Positions 26,651 to 39,378 of a stretch of 64,000 nt of DNA are shown one piece after another. Below the pieces are notes generated by a model that saw only the letters and a program-made list of their open reading frames with translations, ran no database searches and was not told the DNA's origin. Where the stretch lies: NCBI GenBank assembly GCA_012026655.1, contig JAAILG010000702.1, positions 1 to 64,000 of the forward strand, given 5' to 3'. This DNA comes from Hydrolagus affinis. Taxonomy: Eukaryota. A program made the translations under genes and the position numbers. Position 1 is the first letter of the stretch; each line of letters starts with the position of its first letter.

Positions 26651-26890
26651 GTTGTTGACCAATCTACAAAAACGGGTGCACCCATGTCAAGTAGCAGCAC
26701 TAGAAGGGTGAACCGATCAGGCGGCACCTCGAGAGCAAAGTCGCATCTCCCTGTGCCTCTGAACAACAACACACACCGTATTCACCACAGCAGCAGCAGC
26801 AATACAAGGCATTTAGAAATGAACAACAATACAACCGAGGAGATGTGGAACCCACACAAAACTATACATGAAGCCAACAACAACAAATAA
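26651..26890 (+). CDS. CTTNBP2: CTTNBP2 terminal coding exon (...SHLPVP...SSSSNTRHLEMNNN..WNPHK..NK*)
   Basis: ttttcag acceptor, TAA at 26888-26890. Matches human C-terminus SFLPVP...SSSSNTRQIEINNN...PNK. Confidence 0.93.
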   Translation, partial: VVDQSTKTGAPMSSSSTRRVNRSGGTSRAKSHLPVPLNNNTHRIHHSSSSNTRHLEMNNNTTEEMWNPHKTIHEANNNK

Positions 26891-27555
26891 GGATACAATC
26901 CTGTCTAAAGGTTTTATTTCTAAGTCTTCTATTTCCCAATGGGACCCACCATGTGCTGATCACCAACAATAGAAATCTTTGTATTATAGCTTTACAATGG
27001 GTTTTCCCATTAAGACCATAAGATGTCTTGTTCTAGTGATCAGAGTGTGACAGATCCCCAGTATCTATAAGGTAGATACAATAGATGTATAATATATTAT
27101 ATGAAATGTAAAGTTTTACTTTATTACTATACAACGTTTATTTGGGACCAGTGATTAAATACTAAGTGTTTGTTGACAGTGCTGTGATAATGCACTGTTT
27201 TTTTTTAGTTGTTGCCTTTTGTTTCTTGGGTTGCAAACCTAAAATAGTTGGTTTTGCCAAAAGAAGAACAATTTTATAAAATGCAAATTGGTTGTTGCAC
27301 ATAAAAGCTTTTGGAATCATTGTTGATGCATCATTATTATTCAGGATTTTCCCACAGAAGTATATATATTATGAAGTGATTAGAGCCATGGGGGACATAG
27401 TTCATACCCATGGTTTCATATGTACAGTATAAGGAAATGTATTTACTTTTTTTAATATAAAAACCTCCATTTCATTGGATTTTATTCAATGAATAGAATG
27501 TGGCAATAAGTGTTATTGGAGACTCGGAAGACTTTCCTTCAAAACAAGAAGCCAT

Positions 27556-27561
27556 ATTAAA
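27556..27561 (+). terminator. Candidate CTTNBP2 polyadenylation signal (ATTAAA)
   Basis: ATTAAA followed ~20-50 nt later by a T-rich tract. Alternatives: ATTAAA 27154, AATAAA 28191. Confidence 0.4.
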
Positions 27562-27654
27562 TGTTTTAATTGAATTCTATCTGCTTCTCGTCTTTCTTAG
27601 TTTTTTTTCTCCTACAATGCAGGGATTCGGGAGGGGAGCAGGGTGGGGTAACTG

Positions 27655-27940
27655 TATTGTCGGAGGTCCTTTGGATGAACATTAACTCTATGTCCTCTCT
27701 GCCTGTGCAAGTGGATGTTAAAGTTCCTATGGTACTATTTGAGAACGGAGGGAATTTCTTCCTGGTGTCCTAGCCAATAATCGCTGTGATAAAATTGGTC
27801 ACGCACCTCATGGCTGTTTGTGGGACTTCGCTATCCACAAATGGGCTGTTGCCGTGGCCTGCAAGATACTACACTTTACAGTAAATTTTGTGGAGCTCTT
27901 TGTGATGTCCTCTTGATATATGAAATGGGAGGATTATTTC
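27655..27940 (+). mobile_element. Older DeuSINE-like copy between the two genes
   Basis: ggatgaacattaa...gtggatgttaaagttcctatggtactatttg...cctggtgtcctagccaa...gctgtttgtggga. Same core at 39850-40110 and 5440-5670. Confidence 0.65.
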
Positions 27941-28382
27941 TATATTTTAAGTGTTAAATACATCTATGCTTTGTCACACATTTGCAGTTCTACAATCGCT
28001 GCTTAGCCTGCAAGATTCCTGGACGTATGTCCACACCTGGATTGTATGGAATCTCCATGTTCAAGTGTCATTTAATTCCTTCACCACTTCAGATACTATC
28101 TGAAACCAAGGGCAATATACCATTGAGCTACTAGTTTACACATCCAATTTTCTATTTTTTGCCTTCTATCCCAATTAAAATGTTTATAATAATAAATAAT
28201 AACCATCCTTACATATCACAGTAAAAGGCCCATCCTGTCTGTATTGGTACCAGTCCCTTGATAAACTTCTGATGCCATTCACCTGCCTTTGCTGCATTTT
28301 CTTTCATTTTTTTCCCTTGAAACAATCATCCAATTTTCTTTGCCTACAAATTGAGTCATTAATGACAATATACAATGATACT

Positions 28383-28388
28383 TTTATT
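28383..28388 (-). terminator. Candidate CFTR polyadenylation signal (AATAAA on minus strand)
   Basis: TTTATT on plus strand. A further candidate lies at 28706-28711. Confidence 0.35.
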
Positions 28389-29339
28389 TCAAATAGTACT
28401 TTATCACATTATTGAAATGTCCCAAAGGTCTTCCCAGAGTTTTTGGTAAAGTAGTGACAGTATATTTCTACACTATATTTCAACATTATAAGCACTATAT
28501 ATATCAGACTCATTGGTTGCACTGGAACTACATAGGACGAATGGACGTTCCATGATTGAAATGTTTGTGCTCTTTTATCAATGTAGCTCAAAACGATTCC
28601 AGCTAGTTAACTAGCCCGCAATAGTGATCTGCTAAAGTTTCACATTATTGCAGAATGAAAAATTAAGTAAATAGTATGAAAATGTGTAATTAGAACAAGA
28701 AGCTGTTTATTAATCCCACAATCTTTGTTTCAGCAGATCTAACAAAATGAAAATAACGCGATCGCCTCCCAAATTGATTGGGTTTTTTGCAGATTGTGTT
28801 GGGCACCAAAGCAATACTAATATCTATATCCTGACTTCACATTCGCACTAAATCTAATTATTCTAAGCAAATCATAATCTCTGCATTTAAAAAAAATCCA
28901 GTATCATTTGGACCCCAATGGTAACATCACACAGAACATTTGGAGCATTGTAATTGTAACCATAAGAGATATATTTTAAAATAGTAATCACATTTATATA
29001 AAAGTATACATATGTTTGCAGTGCAAGAAATTAAGTTTTCTGTCCTTTTTTTAAATACTGAACACCTCATAAGTTTATACATATTCAAAGGAATTATATG
29101 AATAAAATACAAAAAATAAAGTTATCGATCTAACGATTATGTTCAAACAAACAAAAAAACACTTAAGTGGGAGTCTGGAGATATTTGACACTGTTTTTGT
29201 CTCCCACATGATATATTTGAAGGTTTAGAACACAGATACTGTCTTGCTGAATTTGTGGTCTACATTTCATGGGCAATTTGCTACATCCCGATTGATGTAA
29301 AACTTTAAACAGAATAACTATCATTCAGCATAAAACTGA

Positions 29340-29700
29340 GAAGTGGAATTAATATTCTTCAGGGTGGTGAGAATGTGGAACTCACTGTTAGAAGCTTTGC
29401 TTAAAACAAAATGGAGCAATGTATATCTTAAGAGAAACCTTGATGCATACGTGAGGGAGAAGGGCATATAGGATAGGATATAAGATATGGAACAAGGAAG
29501 GGTGAAGCATAAATCAGCATGGACTAGTTTACATGCTCTGAGACATGACCCTATCTGAAGGGCATTATATCAATGCAAGTTGTTATTTGTTGGTCCTAAT
29601 GGCCTGGTCAGCACCTTGGGATGTCCTCCCGACGTGAAAGGTGTTATACAAATGTAATTTTGTTGTTTCCATCAAGTATCTTTCTATGTAATTCAATGTA
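29340..29700 (+). mobile_element. CR1 LINE 3' fragment with inserted L2 tails, in the presumptive CFTR 3' UTR
   Basis: cagggtggtgagaatgtggaactcact...gatgcatacgtgagggagaaggg is typical of CR1 ends. L2 tail at 29610-29670. Confidence 0.55.
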
Positions 29701-30337
29701 ATGCTCCTACTTTTCACAAAACAGAATAATCTCCTGTCATGTGGTCCTTAGGCTTTTTAAGTGTGTTAGTTTGGAGAGGGAGAAGGATAAGAGGATACAC
29801 CAAAATTCCTGAATGAATGTAAAAAAAAATTAAATTTTGCTTTTTAAGGTAATCATTTGGAAAAAAAATTTAAGTGCATATGTATCAAAACCACTGTGCA
29901 CCTCTTCCTAGGCAACTCTGAATATATGAGGTTGGATCTATAACCAAGAACAGTCTCAGCAAGGTTCCTGGCTGTGAACCTTCTACCCTGCTTACTAATT
30001 GTAAGTGCACAGGTTTCCATGTTATTACAGTGATGAATATTGTAGTGTGAAACTTTCAAGGCACTGATTTTGGTTTCAGCAATGGTCGACAAGGTTTCCA
30101 CCCCATTGGCATATATGGAAAGCCAAGTCATCAGATTATTAAGTCCCACACAGAAACTGATAAGAACTTTGATGCAGCATTGCCTAAACGTGTTATTGCA
30201 TAGAGTCCTATGTGCAATGTGGATCTGATTAAATCCACATTTGTGTATACAAATACATTCTGGACCTTATGAACTTGACATCATTTAGGTGTTGGAGGAA
30301 AGTGTTGAGCAGGATATCTGTTCTGTATTTTTTCGAA

Positions 30338-30500
30338 CACAGATGCACACACATAACTCTCATGCACACACAACACACACCTTATACACACACAGACACA
30401 CATATTTGCTCATACAAACCCACACAACTTACACACACTTCACACACATACAGCTGACACACATATACAGCCCCACCTCCTACACACAATACAACTCCAC
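30338..30500. repeat. Degenerate (CA)n tract, UG-rich in the CFTR 3' UTR
   Basis: Directly visible, starting ~50 nt after the CFTR stop codon in transcript orientation. Confidence 0.85.
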
Positions 30501-30550
30501 AACTTGTGACATCTTCATGAACGTTGAATGCATTTAGTTTTCTGTGGAGC

Positions 30551-30757
30551 TTATAACCTTGTCTCCTGGAGGTCCTCCTCCGCCTCTTCCTGCAAGGCAC
30601 TTATTTTTGGTCGTGTTTTCCTCTTGCTTGAATTCCTTCGGTGAGCTGAAAATAGCTTTGCCCGGTCCAAATGTCCAAAGACTTGCTTGAAAAGGCTGGC
30701 TTCAGTCAGTAGTTTCTGTAGAGCATCAAACTGCTTAACTGAGCATCCCTCGATTAC
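30551..30757 (-). CDS. CFTR: CFTR exon 27, terminal coding part (VIEGCSVKQFDALQKLL...EEDLQETRL*)
   Basis: tctcag acceptor, TAA stop, class I PDZ ligand ETRL (human DTRL). Confidence 0.97.
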   Translation of the reverse strand, partial: VIEGCSVKQFDALQKLLTEASLFKQVFGHLDRAKLFSAHRRNSSKRKTRPKISALQEEAEEDLQETRL

Positions 30758-31760
30758 CTGAGAAGAAGAATTTGGACACAGAATTACCAATTTGGTAGAA
30801 GCATCCAGTTCAAGTCAGCTCTAACATGAATTCCTGCCAGTCAGTACAGTTCATCCTTCTGATATGAAAGGCGCCATATAAATGTAACTTGTTATTTGTT
30901 AATGTCATGATCCGTTTGTGTCAAGTTAGTTGTGAACCATTACTGTTATTTTCAATTGCTTAAAATTACAACTTTTCAACAAACTTTTAGGTCACCTGTT
31001 TCAAACGTAAAGATGTTTTCTGTTTCCAAACATCCATTGTACCATACTGCTGGCACTTACAATAGTTTCATAGTGTTAACTGCACAGATTTAGATGTAGT
31101 GCACATTTTGAGATGGGCTCTCTATCTTTCCCCGGTGATGAAAAAAGTAGTTGCTTGTATTGACTGAAAGGAGCAATATTTGGCCAAAAGTTTCTTGTAA
31201 AAGATTTTGTGACATTTTCATCTGAACAAGACTTTCCTGCAATGTGCTAATCTCTGAACTCCCAATACCCATAGATACACACACACACAAGTAATGATTT
31301 CCTGGCTTCATTGCAAAGAGAAGCTAAGTGTGCTACACCAAATGGGTTTGACAGGTTGATCCACACTGCACAAAAGTATCTCTAATTTGGCACAATCCAC
31401 CCTCAGCGTAAGAAATAGAAATCTCAAAACTGATGCAGACAGTGGGATAGTCTCCACTGGCAGTGTCGATGGAGACTAGAAAGGGAGCAGTTTGTGTAAC
31501 TGTGCCACAGTTGACCAGGGAGTACTTGATGCCAAAAAGAGAGTCCCACATTTTATAGCACTGACATGCTTCACAGTAAGCCCAAAATGTACCAAATGTA
31601 TAAAATATCGAGTTTCAAATTCCATCAATCTGAACTCACGTCAGTCTGATCCCAACCACTTCAGCCCAGAATTTAGTTAAATGAATTAATTGTTAATCCC
31701 GTTTGTCTGTTTACCTTTCGTGCTGGCAATCTGTAGAGGGCACAGCAGGGTTACCATTCA

Positions 31761-31955
<195 letters not shown>

Positions 31956-31984
31956 TTACTTTGAGAGTTTCACATATGCAATAA

Positions 31985-32338
31985 AAATAATTATTGCCTT
32001 TGATATAGTGCCTTATCATGTCATTGAGATATTACAAAGTGCTTACTGTAAAGTGACGTTGATTATATATTTTGTGGGGGGAAACAGCAGCCAATTGCTC
32101 ACAGCAGTGTCTCACAAACAACCATGGATTGAGTGACTAAATTTTTTTTAAGGGATTACTACCCCCAGAAAATGATCCGTTAATTGTCTAACAGTAGTAA
32201 GTTTACCTACTTACTGCTAGCTAAACAAAGGTGTGTGAAATAAGTAAACTTGCCTGAGGCTTTGCCCAGCCCAGGAACTGAACCCAGGTCCTCTTGTGTG
32301 CGAGGCAAGTGCTCTAACCAACATGCTACAGGAACCCT
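31985..32338 (-). mobile_element. tRNA-headed SINE, subfamily with an internal extra segment
   Basis: Head at 32260-32338, tail at 31985. Extra segment 32150-32210 is similar to 42820-42870. Confidence 0.7.
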
Positions 32339-32491
32339 GTGCATGCCAGTTAGACATGGAAGTATCTCTGTGTCAGGAATGGAATGCACACAAGGCTGAT
32401 TTTGCGAAATCTTGGTCAAAGAGATAGGGCTTGATTTGGATGTCTGACACTGAACTCTCAGTCCACATACAGTTTGTTCCAAGAAGACTTA

Positions 32492-32677
<186 letters not shown>

Positions 32678-32699
32678 TCACAGGAAGAGCATGACTAGG

Positions 32700-32850
32700 A
32701 CCCATTGCCTCTGTCTGTCACTGCTCCCCTCCAAACAATCATTGCCGCTTCCCCCTCTGAACAGTCATTGCTTCCCCTCTAACTGATCACTGCCCCACCC
32801 TCTGACCAGTACCTCCTTCTGAATTGTCTCTGACCCTTTCCCCCTTCTAA
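32700..32850. repeat. Degenerate ~22-25-bp minisatellite (cagtcattgcttcccctctga-like)
   Basis: About 5-6 visible units next to the exon 25 acceptor. Confidence 0.65.
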
Positions 32851-32896
32851 TCTGTCTCCAAGCGGAACTGCAATAAATCAATGTCCACACTCTAAA

Positions 32897-33090
32897 AGAA
32901 AAAGAGAATTCGCTGGGAACACTCAGCGGTTCAGGCAGCATCTATGGAGAAAGGAAAGTGAGTCAAAGTTTTGAGTCCACAACTCTTCATCAAAGGGTTG
33001 ACCCTTTCTCCATAGATGTTGCCTGATCTGAGTATTTTAGCAATTTCTATTTGTCTTTCAGACTTACAGCATCTGCAGTATTTTGTGTTT
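32897..33090. mobile_element. Palindromic retro-insertion with a 15-bp target-site duplication
   Basis: TSD tgtccacactctaaa at 32882-32896 and 33091-33105. Internal inverted repeat tcaggcagcatctatggagaaagg / cctttctccatagatgttgcctga. Confidence 0.85.
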
Positions 33091-33220
33091 TGTCCACACT
33101 CTAAATGTCTGCAGAAAAACCAATGTACAGTCTAAATGCTGATAATGAGCCTTGTGTTTGATATAGCGTGAAAGGCACTCCATAAATGCAATTTTGTTGT
33201 TATTGTTATCACATCATCAA

Positions 33221-33811
33221 CAACAAACAACAACAACAAATTACACTTATAGAGCGCCTTTCACGTTGGGAGGACGTCCCAAGGCGCTGTACAGGAGGCG
33301 TGTGACCCGAGCTGGGAGGGGAGTGTTTGGGAGGGGGTGAGACACGAAGGGGAGGTCGAAGAATTCGGGGTGGAACAAAAGGCACGGTCGAAGAGGAAAG
33401 TCTTCAAACCGGCCTTGAAAGAAGAAAGGGAAGAAACGAGACGGAGGGATTGGGGGATAGAATTCCATAGGGTGGGAGCGGAGAAACTGAAGGCCCGGCC
33501 TCCGATGGTGGGGCGGTTCGGACGGGGGGCTTGGAGCAGGCCGAGTTCTGCTGAACGAAGGGTCCGGGTGGGCTTGTAGGGGGAGAGTAGATTGGTTAAA
33601 TAGGGCGGGGCAAGGCCGTGTAAGGCCTTGAAGGTGAGGACGAGGATCTTGAACTCGATCCTCTGGAGAATGGGGAGCCAATGGAGACGGGCGAGGGTGG
33701 GGGTTATATGGTCGCGGAGGTGGGTGCGGGATAATACACGGGCTGCGGAGTTTTGGATGACCTGCAGCCTGTGAATGGAGGAACTGGGGAGGCCGACGAG
33801 GAGAGAGTTTC
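33221..33811 (-). mobile_element. Young 5'-truncated L2 LINE with an open ORF2 C-terminus, nested in a SINE
   Basis: Uninterrupted NSLLVGLP...LQVIQNSAARV...HITPTLARLHWLP...GGRAFSFSAPTLWNSIP...FKAGLKTFLF, (ttg)n tail, catcaa on both flanks. Confidence 0.92.
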
Positions 33812-34729
33812 CATCAAGACATCTCAAAGAACCTCACAGGATTTACTTCATATTTTGTGGGCAAATGTGGTAGCCAAATTTGCACATATCAATGTCCCAC
33901 AAGCAGCCATCAAGCGAGTGACCAAGTCTATCTGGAGGATTGATTAAATATTCTGTAGTTAACCAAATGAATACTATCCAAATGAATCAATTTTCATCAC
34001 TTTTTCCAATGTGTTTCTCATGTGTTTTTTATTGGATTTATCACTCTAATGCTTTTAGTCTCCCAGTTGTTTTCCTACAGTGCCACAGACTGTTCATAAA
34101 AGATTATAGTTTCTACAAACTATTATCTGAAAGATAAGACAATAGAGAATTTCAAAAGCAATATTTATCACTATCTGCATTGTGATAGCCCATTATATTG
34201 GCGTCAGATTTGCTTACAATCTCAACCCATGAACCAACGCTATCTTTGATGAATCTGCAAGAATTCTTCAAAGGAGCAATTACACATTGCCACTTGTGTT
34301 TTAGTGCATTTCATAAGCCCAGCACACCAATCATTTACAGTGGGACAGATACATCAGAAAGTAATTCATGAGAACAAAAACTCTTGCTGATGGATTATTT
34401 TCTCTAACCTTGAGTATTAATTACTTATCTACTTTAGATTAGTATCCGCTTAATACAGTAAAAGGTAAGATGTTTTGTGACACAAATTTAGTAGATAATA
34501 ATAATCCTTCCATTTACACAGAATATACTTAGAGCACAGATAATGATGTGAGGGACTTTGGAATTGATTTTCATGTGGATGGATTCAGAAGTTCTTTCTA
34601 CCAGCTGGGAAGGTTCAAGTGAATTTGCTTTATTAATAATAATAATAATTAGAAATAACAACAATCTTTACTAAGAGATGATGCCTCTATAATAAGAGGT
34701 AATGCTGAATTTATATGATTAGTTAAGTT

Positions 34730-35222
34730 AGATTGCAGTTAAAATATTGTGTCCAGTATTGGCCACCCAACTTTAGGAAAGACATCAAGGCAATAGAGGA
34801 GGTGCAGAGGAAATTTATTTGCATGATCTCCTGGGGATGAATAGTTTGACATATATGGGGAAACTGGAGGAACTGAGACTGTTTCCTTGTAGAATGAAGA
34901 AGGTTGAGGGGTGACCTGACTGAGGGCTTTGAAATTTTGAGGGGATTTGATTGAATCAGTAGGGTCAGTAACTAGAAGTCATTAATTTAAGATCGTTAGA
35001 AAACAAGTGGTCAGGTGACTAGAATGCTCTGCTGGAATTGGTAGTTGAGGTAATATTGAGGTAATTGGCTTTCAAGAGGGAACTAGATAGACACATTGAC
35101 AAGAGCCAATTGCAGGGGTATGGAAAAGGGGCAGGTAAATGGGACTCCAAGTTCTTCAGTGAGCTGACACGGACATGATGGGCTGAATGGCTTTCTATTG
35201 TGTCATACATTTCTATGGTTTT
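34730..35222 (+). mobile_element. CR1 LINE 3' end
   Basis: Degenerate VQYWPPNFRKDIKAIEEVQRKF coding trace; terminal gacatgatgggctgaatggc...ttctatg. Confidence 0.8.
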
Positions 35223-35385
35223 AAGTATTTAACATTTGATGCAACACAATTGGGAGTGTTTCACAGGGTACAAAGTATACTGTAATGACTGTATAGTTTG
35301 TAGGCAAAAGCTGCAGATGATTTATTAATGGCACATAATAAAAGCACTGTTCTCTCTGCGAGCCCAGGATCATAAATAATCCTCA

Positions 35386-35574
<189 letters not shown>

Positions 35575-36923
35575 TTATTACTGTTCTGATGGATAATTTC
35601 ATTAACATGTCATCACAGCAGGAGATAAAGTAACAGTGGGCTCACAGAGCTCATTCCGAGATTCAGGTCTGCATTACTGTATAGCGGACCCTGCTCAGTG
35701 CACTTTGTATGCACTTTACAGTGCTCGGAGATGCTATCCTTTGTGAACGGTACAATATCAATGCAAGTGGTTGTTATGTCCAGTGTTTGACGGTGTGTGT
35801 AATCTTTAGAATGTATACTGAATTATAATGGCAATAATATTCCTTGCATTTGACATAGCTAGCATCTCTTATGTTAGGAGGATGTCCCAAAGTGTTTCAC
35901 AAGATTTTGCTATAAAGTTCATGACTGTATATTTTGTGGGCAAATGTGGCAGCCAATTTTGCACACAGCAATGTTCCACAAACAGCCATGAAGTGAATAA
36001 CCAATTTAATCCATCAGATTGTTAGCCAAGGCATCAGGGACAAACCCTTTTCAAATAGTATAATGGGAATTTTAATGTCCGTCTGAACAGGTTTTAATGT
36101 ATCATCTGAAGGACAGCACCTCCCACAATGCAAATACAATGAGGTGTACAACAACAACAAAATTACATTTATAGAGCACCTTTCACATCGAGAGGACATC
36201 CCAAGGCACTGAACAGTCAGGGGTCAGGACCTGAGCATGGGAGAGTGGCAAGTTAGGTGGGAGGGCGGCAGAAGGCACGATCGATAAGGACGGTCTTGAT
36301 ACCGGCCTTGAAGGAGGCAAGGGAGGAAACGAGTCAAAGGGACAGAGAGATGGAGTTCCAGAGTGTGGGGGCAGAGAGGCTGAAAGCCCGGCAGTTGCAG
36401 GTTGGGTGGGAGACATGGAGCAGACCAGAGCCTGCTGTACTCTCTTTTCAGAACATATAAAGCAAAACTGAAGGTAGCAACATCGGGTTTAATTTGTGAT
36501 ATGTCTTCAATTATTCCTTCAAATAGAATCCAGTTAACAAAAATGGGGACTCTTGGAATAACCGGAAAAATATGACCTGTCTTTTGTGACATAACCAGTG
36601 CAGAGTTCCTGGGTTGAAAAGGAATTCTACAGGCTTCCTTATTCAGGAATTTTACAAATATTATCAACCGCAATTTATCTCCAACTGTTTGATGAATGAG
36701 ACTGGTGAAATCAGCCACTAGTTTGAAACGAAAATAATGCATAGAACTTGGACTTCATGGGATCATTGTCCACATGGAATTCCCACAGCACAAAGCCAGA
36801 ATTCATCTGTTACAATTCCACTCACTAGACTTGTCATGTCCATCACGATGTGATCTGAACACATTACACAACAAAAATCTTGAGAAAAATTTTACTAACA
36901 AAAAACACAACTAAAATATTTCA

Positions 36924-37304
<381 letters not shown>

Positions 37305-38211
37305 TTAATAATAGAATTGACTGATGCATAGTTTCATAATTCACAGGGAAACTTTTGTGCACCCAAGGCCATTGTCAGCACCATGGACACTCAATGTACA
37401 GAAGGCCTCATTCATGTCATGCATATGCTTTGAGCTGCATCTAACCTAAGAGTTCCACTTTTGGCACATTCACATTCATGCATTAACAAAGTAATGAACA
37501 CGTGATCCATTGTGCATCACTCATGCCACACAATAGAAGGCCTGTGCCCTGCATGTTCTACAGTGGGACCTGGCTAACTCATATAGATGGTTGTTCAGGC
37601 CATTATCGGAGATGAGGAAGCTACTAGTAATACAAACTGGCTAATTGACTCATGGTCCAACACTGTCTACCAGCTTGAGCCTTCCCCCCCTTTCAAATGA
37701 TTGACCTAGGGATTGGAGTATGAAGCTGTCGATGAGCAGCACTTAATTTGACTCCTCGAGCCTGCCCCACCATTTAATAAGATCATGGCTGATCTTCTAT
37801 CGTAATTCTATTCACCCACCCTATCCCCGTATCCCTTAATCCCTTTAGATTTTTTTTAAAAAAAAAGCTAACCTGGGTTTGGCATTGAGGGTGTACTGCT
37901 GCAGCCAAACCAGCTAAAACCCCATAGCTTGCCATTAAAACCACTGTTTGGCAAGCCTCCCGCTACCTGTCCAGCTATCATCACCCTACCTTATTTTTTA
38001 ACCAGGAGCTTTCTAATGTTGAGTTTATATTGATATTAAAAAAAATTCAGTTTGTACACAATACAATTTACATTTATGGAGTGTTTTATGTTGGGAGGAT
38101 GTCCCAAACCACTTTCACTGTGATGGTTGGGCACTATGCTTTAAATAATCCTGTTTAATATAGTGCAGAATGGCATGTAGCACATTGAGTCATGCTTCCT
38201 GTTTGTCTTAC

Positions 38212-38448
38212 CCTTTGTCCTGCAGTTACTGAGAAGGAGAGGTTCTGCAGCACTGGCTGCCCATCGTTGGTGTACTTGGCTGTGAGGTTTCTCACTATCA
38301 TTTGGCCTCCGGAGGGCCACTCACCAGTTAGGTGTTTGTTTTCAATCACAACTACATTGGAGGGCACTCCGTCACTGTGCGTGATCTCAGTCTTGCACCC
38401 TTCTTGGCGTATGTCGATGAATTTAAAGATTCTACTCACAGACCGCAT
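38212..38448 (-). CDS. CFTR: CFTR exon 22 (237 bp; MRSVSRIFKFID...WPSGGQM...GQR)
   Basis: AG/GT boundaries; 4 codons shorter than human (249 bp). Confidence 0.97.
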
Positions 38449-39207
38449 CTGGAGACAAGAACACTTTCAGATCACTGCAATAAATAAGTATTGCTGCTAG
38501 CTTTTATCTGATCAGTTTTTTGCCCTGAGAAGTTTCTAACTCGCATGAACACACACAACAATCACAGTAGCTTGCATTCATATAGTGCCTTTCATGTAGG
38601 ATGCCATCTCGGAGTGTTGTACAGTGGCAGGCTTGGATGCCGAGCATTGTCGGGGAGGGGAAGTGGCGGGGTGGGGGTAGGACCGTAAGGGCAGTTGAAG
38701 AGGTAGGTCTTAAGGTGGTATTTAAAGATAGATAAAGAGCGGGGCGCATTGAGGTGAATTCGCACTTTTATTTTTACAAAATGCAATTATATATCTTACT
38801 GCAAATTTAAACACCAAGGGAGCGGGAGGGGGTTGTGAGTGGAGTATTCTTGGCTGAACTTTCTCTGAGAAGACATGTCTGAGAAATCTAGGCAGATTGC
38901 AAAGCAAACCTGGAGGTGTAGACAGGTGCAATCGCCTCAATATGTACAAGCCAAAGTGCTAACGGATAGGGTGCACCTAGCTGAACAAATATCTTGTTGT
39001 GTGGGACAATTATCATTATAAAGAAGTTGGATGTAAGTTCTGGTGTTTTATCATGTAATGGGATTTAGTATATACTGATTGGGGAATAGTGATCTCAAAT
39101 AGTGATTCCTAGCACTAACCAAAATTGAGGCTTTCTGACCTATGGTTAGGTCAGAACAGTTTCTACAGGTTGATGAACCACATGTCTGGTTGGCTCTTAA
39201 ACACTTA

Positions 39208-39378
<171 letters not shown>

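Noticed and set aside
29853-30149. 98-aa ORF downstream of CFTR
   Set aside because: Non-ATG start, no recognisable homology, lies in the presumptive 3' UTR.
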